NCBI GenBank assembly: GCA_041690135.1
Contig: JAWLHY010000002.1
Coordinates: forward strand, 720,342-784,341
DNA length: 64,000 bases
Source of the DNA: Armatimonadota bacterium
GTDB taxonomy: Bacteria; Armatimonadota; SYMT01
Reading direction: 5' to 3'
Shown here: one piece after another, positions 32,660-42,874 of the stretch
Layout of the letters: each line of letters starts with the position of its first letter
Numbering within the stretch: the first letter of the stretch is position 1
The notes under the pieces: generated by a model
What the model was told of the DNA's origin: nothing
Seen by the model: only the letters and a program-made list of their open reading frames with translations
The model's database searches: none
Translations under genes and position numbers: made by a program

Positions 32660-32875
32660 TCAATAGTTCCGGTTGTGGCATTTATCGAGTCTTTCCCGGA
32701 GGAGCACCTGGAACTCCTCTTCTGGCAGGTCCGGGAACCGTTGGCGGAGGCCCTCCGCGAAGGCCTGGCGTGCCATCGCGGAAAGCTCAAAGGCCTTGAG
32801 GAGGCGCTCTTCCGGAGTCATCCGGCGGAGGATTTCCAGGTAGAGTCTCCGGTTGGGGCGGGGCTTGGGGTCCAT
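32660..32875 (-). CDS. Small protein resembling Rv0078B/MenA1-type antitoxins
   Basis: RRMTPEERLLKAFELS...GLRQRFPDLPEEE pattern typical of genes upstream of nucleotidyltransferase toxins. Confidence 0.65.
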   Translation of the reverse strand: MDPKPRPNRRLYLEILRRMTPEERLLKAFELSAMARQAFAEGLRQRFPDLPEEEFQVLLRERLDKCHNRNY

Positions 32876-32915
32876 GCTTCAATCCTACCAAAGTCCGCCA
32901 ACCTCCCGCACGCGG

Positions 32916-33359
32916 TTACTCCTTGGCTTCCTTCTCCAGCACGAGCTTCCAGACCCCGTCCACCTTCTTCCAGGTCTGCGCGGTGAAGGACGGCTTCGAA
33001 AGCTTCCCGGAAGGGGTTTGGACCAGGCGGCTCTCGACGGTGTTCGCCGTGTCGCCTTCGATCTTGATCCGGGTGAGGGTGGCCGAATCCTTGCCGGGCT
33101 TGGGGAGGAACTTGAAGGCTTCTTCCAGCCCCTTCAGCCATTCTGCCAGCGGGATCTCCCGGTTAGGACCCTCCACGAACTTGTAGTCCGGCGCGTAGAA
33201 GGCCCGGAGCGCTTTCATGTCCCGCTGGTTGTAGGCCGTAAACAGCGCCTGGTGACGGACTTTCAAGTCCTGTTCCGGAGTAGCGGCGGAGACTCCCGCA
33301 GCCAGTCCGCAGGCGGGAAGCAGGGCCAGGGAAAGGAACCAGCGACGGCTGTGAAGCAT
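32916..33359 (-). CDS. Secreted NTF2-like (DUF4440/SnoaL) protein with a Tat-type signal
   Basis: SRRWFL twin-arginine motif; AYNQRDMKALRAFYAPDY...WKKVDGVWKL. Confidence 0.85.
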   Translation of the reverse strand: MLHSRRWFLSLALLPACGLAAGVSAATPEQDLKVRHQALFTAYNQRDMKALRAFYAPDYKFVEGPNREIPLAEWLKGLEEAFKFLPKPGKDSATLTRIKIEGDTANTVESRLVQTPSGKLSKPSFTAQTWKKVDGVWKLVLEKEAKE

Positions 33360-33603
33360 GGGGAATTCTCCTGGTGAAGAAGTGAACGGCAGCGGTCGGT
33401 GCATGGGACGGCACGGAGGTGCTGCAAAGGCAACAGGTGCTACGCGGGTGGCGCAGGGATGGGTTCCGATACGCCGACTGTCAGGCATCCATACTAATCT
33501 GCATCGGGGTAGATTGCTTCCTTCCCTTTCTTCAGCGGCGCCGAATGCCACCAGGAATGGAAACGGCTGTTTGATAAATGCTGTGCCAGACGGCGTGGTT
33601 GGC

Positions 33604-33675
33604 TGCTAACATAGAGGGGCGGCACCGCGGACAGTAGGCGGTACTGCGCCAGGGGCCGGAGAGATAGGGTTAGCT
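33604..33675 (+). mobile_element. Degenerate attC-like site
   Basis: TGCTAAC...GCGGCACCG...CCGGAGAGATAGG-GTTAGCT, ending just before the SRPBCC ATG at 33679. Confidence 0.4.
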
Positions 33676-33678
33676 CTT

Positions 33679-34086
33679 ATGAAAATCACAGTCGAGACCC
33701 AGGTGGCTGCACCGATCGAGGAAGTCTGGCGTGCGTGGACGACGCCGGAAGACATCAAGCAATGGAATGCCGCGTCGGACGATTGGCACACGACCGCGGC
33801 CACAGTGGATCTGCGGGAAGGCGGCGAGTTCTCGTCGCGCATGGAAGCCAAAGACGGGAGCGCGGGCTTTGACTTCGCCGGGACCTACACCCGCGTGGTC
33901 CCTCATGAATTGATCGAGTTCGCTTTCGGAGATCGCGCCGCCAGGGTCGAGTTCCTTCAGGCGGACGGAGGGGTCCTCGTCCGAGAGACGTTCGACGCGG
34001 AGACGACCTACACCCCGGAGCAGCAGCAAGCCGGCTGGCAGGCGATCCTGGACAATTTTGCCCGCCATGTCGAGGCACGCGGGTAA
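33679..34086 (+). CDS. SRPBCC/AHSA1 family protein
   Basis: VWRAWTTPEDIKQWNAASDDWH, DLREGG, RMEAKDGS, GWQAILDNF. Confidence 0.92.
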   Translation: MKITVETQVAAPIEEVWRAWTTPEDIKQWNAASDDWHTTAATVDLREGGEFSSRMEAKDGSAGFDFAGTYTRVVPHELIEFAFGDRAARVEFLQADGGVLVRETFDAETTYTPEQQQAGWQAILDNFARHVEARG

Positions 34087-34107
34087 CCTGTCGCCGCGGA
34101 GGAAGCC

Positions 34108-34719
34108 ATGAGTACGACCTATACCGGCCCGGACGGCCTGGAACGCTGCCATTGGTGCTCCACGGCCCCGGAGTTCCCGAGCTATCACGATACGGAATGG
34201 GGTTTCCCCGTTACCGACGATTTCCGGCTGTTCGAGAAGTTGAGCCTGGAGGGGTTCCAGTCCGGGCTGAGCTGGAGAACCATCCTCGTCAAGCGCGAAG
34301 GCTTCCGGCGCGCGTTTTGCGATTTCGACTACCACCGGGTTGCCGCGTTCACCGCGGAAGATGTGGACCGCCTGGTGCAGGACAGCGGCATCGTCCGGCA
34401 TCGCGGCAAGATCGAAGCCGTTATCAACAACGCGCAGCGCGCGGTGGAACTGGCCGGCCGCGAGGGGTCCCTGGCGGCCTACGTGTGGCAATTCGAACCG
34501 GACTCGGCACAACTGGCCGAACCCCAGACGGTTTCCACCTCCGCGGAGTCGGTCGCGCTGTCCAAAGCCCTCAAGAAGCATGGGTGGAAGTTCGTAGGCC
34601 CCACCACCGTCTACGCTTTCATGCAGGCGATGGGGCTGGTCAATGACCATGTGGAAGGCTGCGTGATCCGCGCCCGTGTCGAGAGTGCAAGGAAGGCCTT
34701 CGACGTTCCCCGGAAATAG
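34108..34719 (+). CDS. tag: DNA-3-methyladenine glycosylase I
   Basis: RCHW, YHDTEWG, LEGFQSGLSW, IVRHRGKI, FVGPTTVYAFMQAMGLVNDH...C. Confidence 0.97.
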   Translation: MSTTYTGPDGLERCHWCSTAPEFPSYHDTEWGFPVTDDFRLFEKLSLEGFQSGLSWRTILVKREGFRRAFCDFDYHRVAAFTAEDVDRLVQDSGIVRHRGKIEAVINNAQRAVELAGREGSLAAYVWQFEPDSAQLAEPQTVSTSAESVALSKALKKHGWKFVGPTTVYAFMQAMGLVNDHVEGCVIRARVESARKAFDVPRK

Positions 34720-34984
34720 CCCGGGGACAGCCCCGCGGGCGGAAGGGGAGAGGCTGGTTCCGACCGCCTTTCCCCTCGCTTGCCCAGTATCGGCCCCGGG
34801 GAAGAACCGCAGCGCGATGCAAGGTGGGCGTGAGCATCCCGCACCAACCAGCGGGTCCGCCGAAGCCGTTGGAGCAGGCCTCCGCGGAAGCACACCCGAA
34901 TGCCAGGGCTGCCGCGCGATGCTTGGCGTGGCAGCCCTGACATCATCCCTCAAAGCAAAGTTCCGCATTCGGAAGGCGTCACTC

Positions 34985-36403
34985 TCAACCATCGAGTGGC
35001 TGCGGTAGAGCCACCGGCGGCGTCCCGCGCCCGCTTCCTCCCGGCTGCGTGGGGTGAGAGGGGTCCGGTACCCCTTCCAGCCCGGCCTCCGGCAACCCGG
35101 TTCGCACCTTCGCCCGGACCCGGTTCTTCGCCTGCCCCTTCTTCTTCAATGCCCACATCCAGATGCCGGTAGTAAATAGACTGAGCGGCATGAGGCCCGT
35201 CAAGCTATAGAGCGTCTTCGACCAGACCCCCGCATACCAGCCATAGTGCAAATGGAACACGGCGCCCATGACCGTCGTGCCGGGGGAAAGCGGTCGCCCG
35301 AATGCCGCTTCGCCACTGGTCTTGAGCCGCTCTCCAGTATAGGGGTCGAACGGTACGCCTCCGTTGGTGATCCGGACGAACTCGTAGGTGGCCATATAGG
35401 GTTGACCGGGGCGACGGGGAGCGCGAATGGAGACGAGGGGGTTGTGGGGCAAAGCTGCCCGGGCTTTCTCCACGATGACGTCGATGGGCAACGGTCCGCC
35501 GCGGCCGTCAACTTCCGGCGCGGTGCTCTCTTGAGTGCTCGCCCCACCTGCCCGCGCCAGCGTACTGCCCGTTGCGCCGCTACTCTGTTCCGGCCCTCCG
35601 TTTCGACGCCCCAGGACGGGAGCACCTTCTCTCCCTCGTTCTGCCCCGCCCCGGCGGGGCTGGGGCTCGTCTTTAACCCCCGCGAGACGGTTGATTCCCC
35701 GGCGGATGCTCTGATCCGTCTGGCCGTTGTAGCAGATGATCACCCCGGTCAACGCCAGGGTGAAGAGAATGACGAACAGGTAAACGCCCGACACATTATG
35801 CAGGTCGTGGAGCGTGCGTTTGAGGGAAGCCCCGCGCTTGAGCACGATGCGCGTCTTGAACTGCTGAAGGTTCGAGGGCCACCACAACCACGCCCCGGAG
35901 ATCAGCATGAAGAGCGCGAAGAACGTAAAGAACCCGTTGGCGATAGTTCCCTTGACTCCCGCGAGGAGGTTGTGGTGAATCTGCTCGTTGATGTCGATCC
36001 AGAGTGTGCTCTTCACGACCGGAGGATACACTTTAGCCGTGTCGGGATGGACCAGGTAAACATGCGCTATCCGCTTACCGTTCACCTCACCGCGCGCACT
36101 GTGCAGGTAGTAACCCGTCCGGGACACCGGCAATGTGATGCCGCGCTCCGGCTTCAATTCCGGATTGAACGCTTTCAAAGCGGCGATGGCCCGGGATACC
36201 GGAATCTTCTGCGCGCCTGGATCGGGAGTGGGCGCGGAAACGCGTTGACGGACCTCCCATTCGGTGATTTCCGCTCGCCAGGAGAGAAGACTGCCGGTCA
36301 ATCCCATCAGGACCAACCACAGTCCCAGGAGTAGACCCGTCCAGAGATGGATCAAGTAGAAGACCTTACGAGACTTCTGCGAAAGCTTCTTCGGCGGCTT
36401 CAT
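34985..36403 (-). CDS. PepSY-associated TM helix protein (FoxB-like putative heme reductase)
   Basis: IHLWTGL...LTGS, QIHHNL, SGAWLWWP, DLHNVSG, HLHYG (four conserved His). Confidence 0.92.
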   Translation of the reverse strand: MKPPKKLSQKSRKVFYLIHLWTGLLLGLWLVLMGLTGSLLSWRAEITEWEVRQRVSAPTPDPGAQKIPVSRAIAALKAFNPELKPERGITLPVSRTGYYLHSARGEVNGKRIAHVYLVHPDTAKVYPPVVKSTLWIDINEQIHHNLLAGVKGTIANGFFTFFALFMLISGAWLWWPSNLQQFKTRIVLKRGASLKRTLHDLHNVSGVYLFVILFTLALTGVIICYNGQTDQSIRRGINRLAGVKDEPQPRRGGAERGREGAPVLGRRNGGPEQSSGATGSTLARAGGASTQESTAPEVDGRGGPLPIDVIVEKARAALPHNPLVSIRAPRRPGQPYMATYEFVRITNGGVPFDPYTGERLKTSGEAAFGRPLSPGTTVMGAVFHLHYGWYAGVWSKTLYSLTGLMPLSLFTTGIWMWALKKKGQAKNRVRAKVRTGLPEAGLEGVPDPSHPTQPGGSGRGTPPVALPQPLDG

Positions 36404-36426
36404 GCGCTTGCGTGTCTCTTCCGTGC

Positions 36427-37212
36427 CTAGGGCGCGCCCGTGCCGTTCCAGAGTTCGTCGGAAGTGGGGTTGCCCGGGTTACCCGTTACGTTGCCGCGAA
36501 TCTGGCCGCGGGCGTTGCTGCTCAGCACGTCCATCTTCATGGCCTTCACATGGCCATCAACGAACGAGACGTTGGCCGTCTGCATGTGGCGGAAGTGGAT
36601 GGCCCCCAGGTTGGTGCCCAGGCTGGGAGGATACATCCAGGGCCACCGCTGCACATAGGTCGGCCCGCTCATCACCGATTCGCCAAAGAGGACGGTGTTG
36701 GCGGGGGCAGCGATCACCGCGAGATTGGCCGGACCCTGGGTCATGCGGCTGTGGTTGGGGCTGTTCGTGAAACGGCTGCTGGCGTATCCGGGGCCGGCGC
36801 CTCCCACGTAGGCCATGTTGTAGCCGTAATCGGTCATCCCATAGTCGGCCTGCGTGCTGCTGAAGGACTTGCAGCCTGTGAAGTGAGCGTTCTTCATGTA
36901 AGGCCACATCGGCGAAGCGGTGTAATCAAAGCTGCCGCCGTAGGATCCCGAGCCGTGGTAGAAGTGGTAGACCGTCCCGGCTCCGGACCCCGACTGCCAG
37001 TACGTAGGCACCGCCTGTTCGTCGTGATCCTGGGTGTACATCATCCATGCCAGCGAGAGTTGCTTCAGGTTGCTCTGGCAGGTGGCGCGCCGGGCGGCAT
37101 CGCGGGCCTGCGCGAAGACCGGAAACAGGATGGCGGCGAGGATGGCGATGATGGCTATGACGACGAGGAGCTCGATGAGCGTAAAGCCGGTTCTGCGGCG
37201 TAGGCGCAACAT
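36427..37212 (-). CDS. DUF1559 prepilin-type N-methylation / H-X9-DG domain protein
   Basis: TG|[51 protein letters not shown]. Confidence 0.95.
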   Translation of the reverse strand: MLRLRRRTGFTLIELLVVIAIIAILAAILFPVFAQARDAARRATCQSNLKQLSLAWMMYTQDHDEQAVPTYWQSGSGAGTVYHFYHGSGSYGGSFDYTASPMWPYMKNAHFTGCKSFSSTQADYGMTDYGYNMAYVGGAGPGYASSRFTNSPNHSRMTQGPANLAVIAAPANTVLFGESVMSGPTYVQRWPWMYPPSLGTNLGAIHFRHMQTANVSFVDGHVKAMKMDVLSSNARGQIRGNVTGNPGNPTSDELWNGTGAP

Positions 37213-37347
37213 GGGGGGTCCTTTGATCCAGGCGAAAACGTGAAGTGCTGATGGCGGGAAGGGACGGCGTTCGGTGGCGGCGGAGACGGCATTTCTCCGG
37301 CCTCTGCCTGCCGGCATCGCGTGCGCGTCACTGCGGAAGCTCGCGCA

Positions 37348-38070
37348 CTACCCGCCCCCGGCGAACTCGAACATGAGGGAAAGGTAGGTCTCGGTGAACT
37401 GGCCTTCCTTGCCCTGGAAGCGGACGGGCTTCGCGTCCCGCGCCATGATGCGGAGATGCTGCCAGCCCTTGCTCAGCGGGATCTCCAGGCGTCCCTCCGC
37501 AGAGGTCTTCAGCTTCTCCTCATTCGAAGAGCCCACCCGCGTCACTTCCGCCTGGACGGGCTTCCCATCCAGGGTCACCTGAAGGGTCAGCTTCCCGCCT
37601 GCCGTGGGCGACAGGGTCGCCGCCAGTGGGAGACCCGTTTCCACGCGGCTCCATCGTCCCAACTCGACCGCGGAAAGCGGTTTGCCCTCGCCGCGGATCA
37701 ACTGCCCCTGGTAGCGGAGCAAGAAGGCAGGGTTGCCGGGCTGCGCCAGCACGCCGTAGTCCAGGAGCGCGGTCGCCACCGGCGCGTTGCCGAGGCCCGC
37801 GAAGAGGTAGTGATCTCCCTGCTTGGACTGCTTCAACTCGCGTCGCCGACCGGCTCCCAGGGCATGGGCGCGCACCCGCTCGATCTTTTCCAGCAGCGGC
37901 GAACCCTCTCGAACCTCCGGGTATTCGCCAAAGCAGACTTTTACCGCGTCGGAGTTGGGCGCCGACTCCACCCACACGAAGTGAGCGGAAGCGGCGCTCT
38001 GGAAGAGGGCGCACCCCGCAAGGGTGAGGAGGGCGGTGCCCAGGCGTCGATCGAGAGCGAGTCGCATCAT
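37348..38070 (-). CDS. DUF4198-like secreted metal-uptake protein
   Basis: Signal peptide ending SAASA|HFVWVE (N-terminal His), FGEYPE, LDGKPV, TSAEGR. Confidence 0.75.
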   Translation of the reverse strand: MMRLALDRRLGTALLTLAGCALFQSAASAHFVWVESAPNSDAVKVCFGEYPEVREGSPLLEKIERVRAHALGAGRRRELKQSKQGDHYLFAGLGNAPVATALLDYGVLAQPGNPAFLLRYQGQLIRGEGKPLSAVELGRWSRVETGLPLAATLSPTAGGKLTLQVTLDGKPVQAEVTRVGSSNEEKLKTSAEGRLEIPLSKGWQHLRIMARDAKPVRFQGKEGQFTETYLSLMFEFAGGG

Positions 38071-38351
38071 GCTTGTCCTGTTGCTGTTCGTTGCCTGACG
38101 AGCTGCGGGCGTCCGACGTGGGGCCCGGCTGACCCGTGCAAAAGAGATGACCTGTGTGAGGTTGGCCCAAAGACCGCGGAGTTGTTGCCCCAGGCGCTGC
38201 CCATCACGGGGTGGTGGATGGACGTCCGGCGCCCAGCCGGGTCGCGGGAGGAGAGCCCCGGCTATCTGCAAGAGCAAGTGGAGCTTTCACCGTCCCTACC
38301 ACAAGCGGTATAGCTCAGGGTGAGATCGGAAGCAGGTTGAGCTAGTGTTGG

Positions 38352-38370
38352 AAATTAGCTAAGCCTAAAT
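38352..38370. promoter_or_regulatory. Putative DtxR/IdeR/MntR-family operator
   Basis: AAATTAGCTAAGCCTAAAT; core TTAGCTAAGCCTAA matches TTAGGTTAGCCTAA at 12/14. AT-rich spot upstream of the metal-uptake-type operon. Confidence 0.55.
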
Positions 38371-38740
38371 CCGAGACTTAAACTGAAGCCAAATCATCGG
38401 CCGGTGGGGCTAATTGGGCGCAGGAGGTAATGCGAGTGGCAGGTTGAAGCTTACCCTCTCCGGCCGGAACCGGAGGTTGTTGGGCCTCCGACGTGATGAC
38501 AACCGTCAGCCCACACTCGGCGAGACGAGGTGTGCCCCGCAAGAGCGAGGGGAAGGGAAGGCAGGTCTGTGCCTACCGGAATGGCTGGAGCAAATCGGGC
38601 TGCTCCTTGCGGTGGTGGATGCGCGGAAATTACACCCGGACGTTGTCCTCCCCGGAAGTGAAGCGTGGGGAAGAATCCGGCCGATCTCCGCCCCCGCTAC
38701 CGCACCGGACGCCGTGCCGGTGCGGTAGCGGGAGCCGGGA

Positions 38741-40024
38741 TCACTTTCCTGCGTTGGTGCGGCGCAGGTCCTTCTTGCATGACGCATCCGGAGGGACCGG
38801 TTGGCCGGTCTGCTCCACCGGGTGCGTGAAGAGGTAGCGCCACACCGCCTCGTGAATGAACTTCCCGCCGGCGTCCTTGACCGCGGCGCCTCCGGGGACC
38901 ACCGAGCTATGCGCGCGGCGGGCGTCGCCTTTCACGTCCGCCGCGGTGATGAGGCGGCGGACGTGGCCGTAAGGCGCCGGCGTTTTATCCACGTCCACGA
39001 TGGGGCCGAACTGGTGGAGCCCCAACAGCTCCCAGGAGCGGCAGTAATGGTCCCCGGTCCAACCGCCGTCCAGCACGTGGCTGAACCCGAAGAAGCGGTT
39101 GGGTGGGGTGGCGGAGGGCAGCGCCTGCCACGTCTCATACTGGTCGCGCGGACCGCAGAACATCACCACACGGTCTACCCGCTGGTGCTTCGCGAAGCGG
39201 GAGGCCGTGGTGGAACCGTGGGAGCTTCCCGCCATGATCACCCGGTCCCACCGGAGCCCCTTCCGGTCCTCGCTGAGGAAGTAATCCCAGCGCCCCTGCG
39301 GGTTCTCCTTCGCCAGCCACTGGACCAACTGGAACGCGCGCTCCATGATGCCGTCCGGTTTCGGGATCTCCACCACGTCGCTGAAGTTCTCACCGGTCGC
39401 CGCTTCCAGGCGGATCTTGCCCAGGAACTTGTCGTCCGCGGGAGGCGGCTCCTTCCCGAACTTGCTGAACCAGCCGTTGGCGTAGGAGACCTGGATGGCG
39501 TGGAGCCCGTAGCTGTTCACCCGCTCGAAGAGCGGTCCGCTGTAGCCCATCAGCCAGATGACCAGCTTCCCCTGCGGGGGGACGCGCGTGTCTACCGAAG
39601 CGCGCTCCGTGTCTGCGGGCTTCCCGTCCCGCTCGAAGACGAAATTGATCTCCGGGTGTGGCCGGGTGCGCGGGTCGAGCTGGCTGGCGCGGGCCGTGAA
39701 CTCGTACCTGCGGGCCGCCGGATCGTTGAACGCCAGGGGCGGATCCGCGGCCCGGCCCCGCGCGGGGAGCAGCCCCAACGCGAGGACCAACGTCCCCGCA
39801 GCGCCCAAAAAGAACCGCGGGAAAGGGGAGCCAGTAGTGCCCGCGGAACACCGCCCAAGGGCACCCGAAGGACGCGGAAGAGGTCGAGCGAAGTCGGACT
39901 CTCGCGGAGGCTCCTGGAGAGGTAAAACCTCTGTGGCGCTGTTTGGAGTTGACGCGGTACTTCCCCGCGGAGACCGTCTCCCGGTTTCAGTTGTTTGCTG
40001 GGTCCTCTCGTCCGGCATTCTCAT
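38741..40024 (-). CDS. BPSS1187-like secreted alpha/beta hydrolase-fold protein
   Basis: KLVIWLMG, KIRLEAATG, MAGSSHG nucleophile elbow, RAHSSV; start uncertain. Confidence 0.65.
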   Translation of the reverse strand: MRMPDERTQQTTETGRRSPRGSTASTPNSATEVLPLQEPPRESDFARPLPRPSGALGRCSAGTTGSPFPRFFLGAAGTLVLALGLLPARGRAADPPLAFNDPAARRYEFTARASQLDPRTRPHPEINFVFERDGKPADTERASVDTRVPPQGKLVIWLMGYSGPLFERVNSYGLHAIQVSYANGWFSKFGKEPPPADDKFLGKIRLEAATGENFSDVVEIPKPDGIMERAFQLVQWLAKENPQGRWDYFLSEDRKGLRWDRVIMAGSSHGSTTASRFAKHQRVDRVVMFCGPRDQYETWQALPSATPPNRFFGFSHVLDGGWTGDHYCRSWELLGLHQFGPIVDVDKTPAPYGHVRRLITAADVKGDARRAHSSVVPGGAAVKDAGGKFIHEAVWRYLFTHPVEQTGQPVPPDASCKKDLRRTNAGK

Positions 40025-40297
40025 CCTTCTCCCGCCCTGGGTGGCGTTAACGGCAGCAGGAAGATCTTTCCGGGGGGGCCGGACGCATTCCTCCCCCAGC
40101 ACGGGGCGGCCCCAGGGTGGCGCTGGCCGATCCCGTTCGTGAGAAGGAGGTGGGTCGCCGCCCCGGACGGATGCTTGTAAAGCGCGGTTTGCCGGGCCGG
40201 CAGACCTACAGACTGGGGCGAGAGGGAGGTGGTAGAGGGCCGCCGGCCGCTGGGAGAGCCATCCGGCTCCCCCAGTGGCGGAAGTTGAACGTTATCC

Positions 40298-42466
40298 TCA
40301 GGCAGGCACCTGGTCTTTCGGGCGGCTCCAGAAGCGGTGCTGCGCCAGGGCACTCAGGAGTTCCCGCGCCACATCTCCGACGTCCTCACCCTGCGAAATG
40401 CCGACCGCATCCTTCACCTTGTCCACCACCGAGGTGTTGACGTGGCCCGCGGTGATCACCCCCTGATCCACCACGAGCTTCCCGTCCGTCGCCACGGAGA
40501 CGCCCGGCAGACCGGAGAGGAGCGTCACGCCTTCCCCCGTGGCGACCAGCGGTTTCCCGTGCTTGTAGGCCTCGCGGACGAAGTGCAGGGCATCCCCCTT
40601 CCGGCAGAGGGTCTCCGCGCTCTGCTTGCCGCCCGGCACGTATACGGCGTCGAACAGCACCGAGGCAGTCGTGGAGAAATTCTCGTCCGCCATCAGCTCG
40701 CCCCCGGAGGAAGGCTCGAGCGGGCCGCTCCGCGGGGCCACGACCTTGGCCATCACGTCCTCTGCTTTCAGCGCAGCCTTGATGGCCTCGACCTCCGCCG
40801 CGTTCACGCCGTCTGCCACTAGAATGGCGACCTTGCGGCCCCGCGCGGTACGCGGCGAGTTCTCCATACTCAGCGCCGGCGAGGAGCCGATGCCCGCCTT
40901 TTGGGGACCGGGCCTGGGTGAGGACGAGTGCGCCAGGTAACTCAGATCGCCCGTGAATTGCTTGACGCCGATCTCCGGGCCTGCGCGCTCCGCGATCTCC
41001 GGCGAGACGTTGTAGAAGAGGTCGATCATCCGCTGGCGAATGTGCAGATGTTCGACCTTGCCGAGCTCGAACTTGATGGCTTCGATGATGCGCTCCTTCT
41101 CGGGCGCGCTCATGCTGTTCCAGAAGAGCTCCGCCTGGCTGAAGTGGTCGTCGAAGCTCTCCGGACGAGCCCGGAGCTTCACCCCTTCCTGCGGCTCGGG
41201 GTAGCTGACGAAGCCCCGCGCTTTGTCCTCGTGCGGCCGCCCTTCGTCCAGGGAGTTGGGCTCATAGTTCACCCGCCGCTGGGTCACCGTGTGCCGCATA
41301 AAGCCGTCCTGATTGTTGTTGAACACCGGGCAGCGCGGACGGTTGATCGGCAACTCGGGGAAGTTCGCGCTGTGGAAGCGGTTGAGCTGCGTGTCCAGGT
41401 AGGAGAAGAGACGCGCCTGCAGGAGCGGATCGTTCGTGAAGTCGATGCCTGGAACCAGGTGGCCCGGGTGGAACGCTACCTGCTCCGTCTCCGCGAAGAA
41501 GTTGTCCGGGTTCCGGTTGAGGGTCATCTTCCCCACTCGCCGGACCGGGACCAGTTCCTCGGGTACGATCTTCGTGGCGTCCAGGACATCGAAGTCGAAC
41601 CGGTTGGCCTCCTCCTCCGTGAATAACTGGAAGCCGAGCTCGAACTCCGGGTAGACCCCCATCTCGATGCGCTCCCAGAGATCCTTGCGGTTGAAGTCCG
41701 GGTCCTTCCCCGCGATCTTCTGCGTCTCGTCCCAGACCAGGGATGAGAGCCCTTCCAGCGGCTTCCAATGGATTTTGCACAGGGTGGACTTACCCTGCGC
41801 GTTGATGAGGCGGAAGGTGTGAACCCCGAAGCCTTCCATCTTCGCGTAGCTGCGGGGGAGCGCCCGGTCCGAGAGGACCCACAGCAGCATGTGCGTGATT
41901 TCGGGGGTGAGCGAGGCGAAGTCCCAGAAATTGTCGTGCGCGGCGGAGGCCTGCGGCATCTCGTGGTGCGGCTCCGGCTTGATGGAGTGCACCAGGTCCG
42001 GGAACTTCATCCCGTCCTGGATGAAGAAGACCGGGATGTTGTTGCCGACCAGGTCATAGATTCCCTCGACGGTGTAGAACTTGGTCGCAAACCCGCGGAC
42101 GTCCCGGACCGTATCCGCGGAACCCCGGAACCCGACCACCGTGGAGAAGCGGGTGAACGTCTCCGTTTCCAGTGAGGGGTCCGTAAGGAACTTCGCCTTG
42201 GTGAACTCCTTCATTGAGTCGTCGTAGACGCGGAACACACCGTGAGCTCCAGAACCGCGGGCATGGACCACGCGCTCCGGCATTCGCTCATGGTCGAAGT
42301 GCGTCATCTTCTCCCGGAAGATGAAGTCCTCCATGAGCGTTCCGCCGCGCGGGCCGGCGGTGAGCTGATTCTGATTGTTCGCGACCGGGCAACCCTGATT
42401 GGTCGTCATGAGTTGCTGGTCGCCCTTCTCAAGGGGCTGTTCCGAGTCGTGGACTGGCTCTGCCAT
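40298..42466 (-). CDS. katE: Large-subunit catalase HPII with C-terminal DJ-1/GATase domain
   Basis: [34 protein letters not shown]...FDAVYVPGG. Confidence 0.97.
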   Translation of the reverse strand: MAEPVHDSEQPLEKGDQQLMTTNQGCPVANNQNQLTAGPRGGTLMEDFIFREKMTHFDHERMPERVVHARGSGAHGVFRVYDDSMKEFTKAKFLTDPSLETETFTRFSTVVGFRGSADTVRDVRGFATKFYTVEGIYDLVGNNIPVFFIQDGMKFPDLVHSIKPEPHHEMPQASAAHDNFWDFASLTPEITHMLLWVLSDRALPRSYAKMEGFGVHTFRLINAQGKSTLCKIHWKPLEGLSSLVWDETQKIAGKDPDFNRKDLWERIEMGVYPEFELGFQLFTEEEANRFDFDVLDATKIVPEELVPVRRVGKMTLNRNPDNFFAETEQVAFHPGHLVPGIDFTNDPLLQARLFSYLDTQLNRFHSANFPELPINRPRCPVFNNNQDGFMRHTVTQRRVNYEPNSLDEGRPHEDKARGFVSYPEPQEGVKLRARPESFDDHFSQAELFWNSMSAPEKERIIEAIKFELGKVEHLHIRQRMIDLFYNVSPEIAERAGPEIGVKQFTGDLSYLAHSSSPRPGPQKAGIGSSPALSMENSPRTARGRKVAILVADGVNAAEVEAIKAALKAEDVMAKVVAPRSGPLEPSSGGELMADENFSTTASVLFDAVYVPGGKQSAETLCRKGDALHFVREAYKHGKPLVATGEGVTLLSGLPGVSVATDGKLVVDQGVITAGHVNTSVVDKVKDAVGISQGEDVGDVARELLSALAQHRFWSRPKDQVPA

Positions 42467-42874
42467 GGGTCGGTGAATCTCCTGATCGCACAGCCGGAAG
42501 GCGGACCGGTGCCGGCCCGACCGCCTGGCTAAGGCTCGCCGTCTCCTCGTGCCCGGGAGCCAGCGGGGGATCAGAAGGCTGCTCTACGGGAGCCGCCCAC
42601 CGATGCCGCGCGTGCGGGAGCGCCCGTAGCACGAAGATGCTTGGTGTTGTGGCTGATTTTCCCGTCGAACCCGTTCTCTAAACCACGCTCTGTTATATTG
42701 GCAACATCTGCACTGCTGAAGCTGCTGCTCCGAGGCTCCGTCACGACCTGCCGCGGGTGCAGGGCCGTCACAACGAGAACGGCGCAGTGAGGAGTGTTTC
42801 CCTGCGCCGAGAGGGGAGAAGGTGGGGACGAAGGGGTGAGGAATGCCGATGCATCAGGAAGAGCGTCTGCGGCG

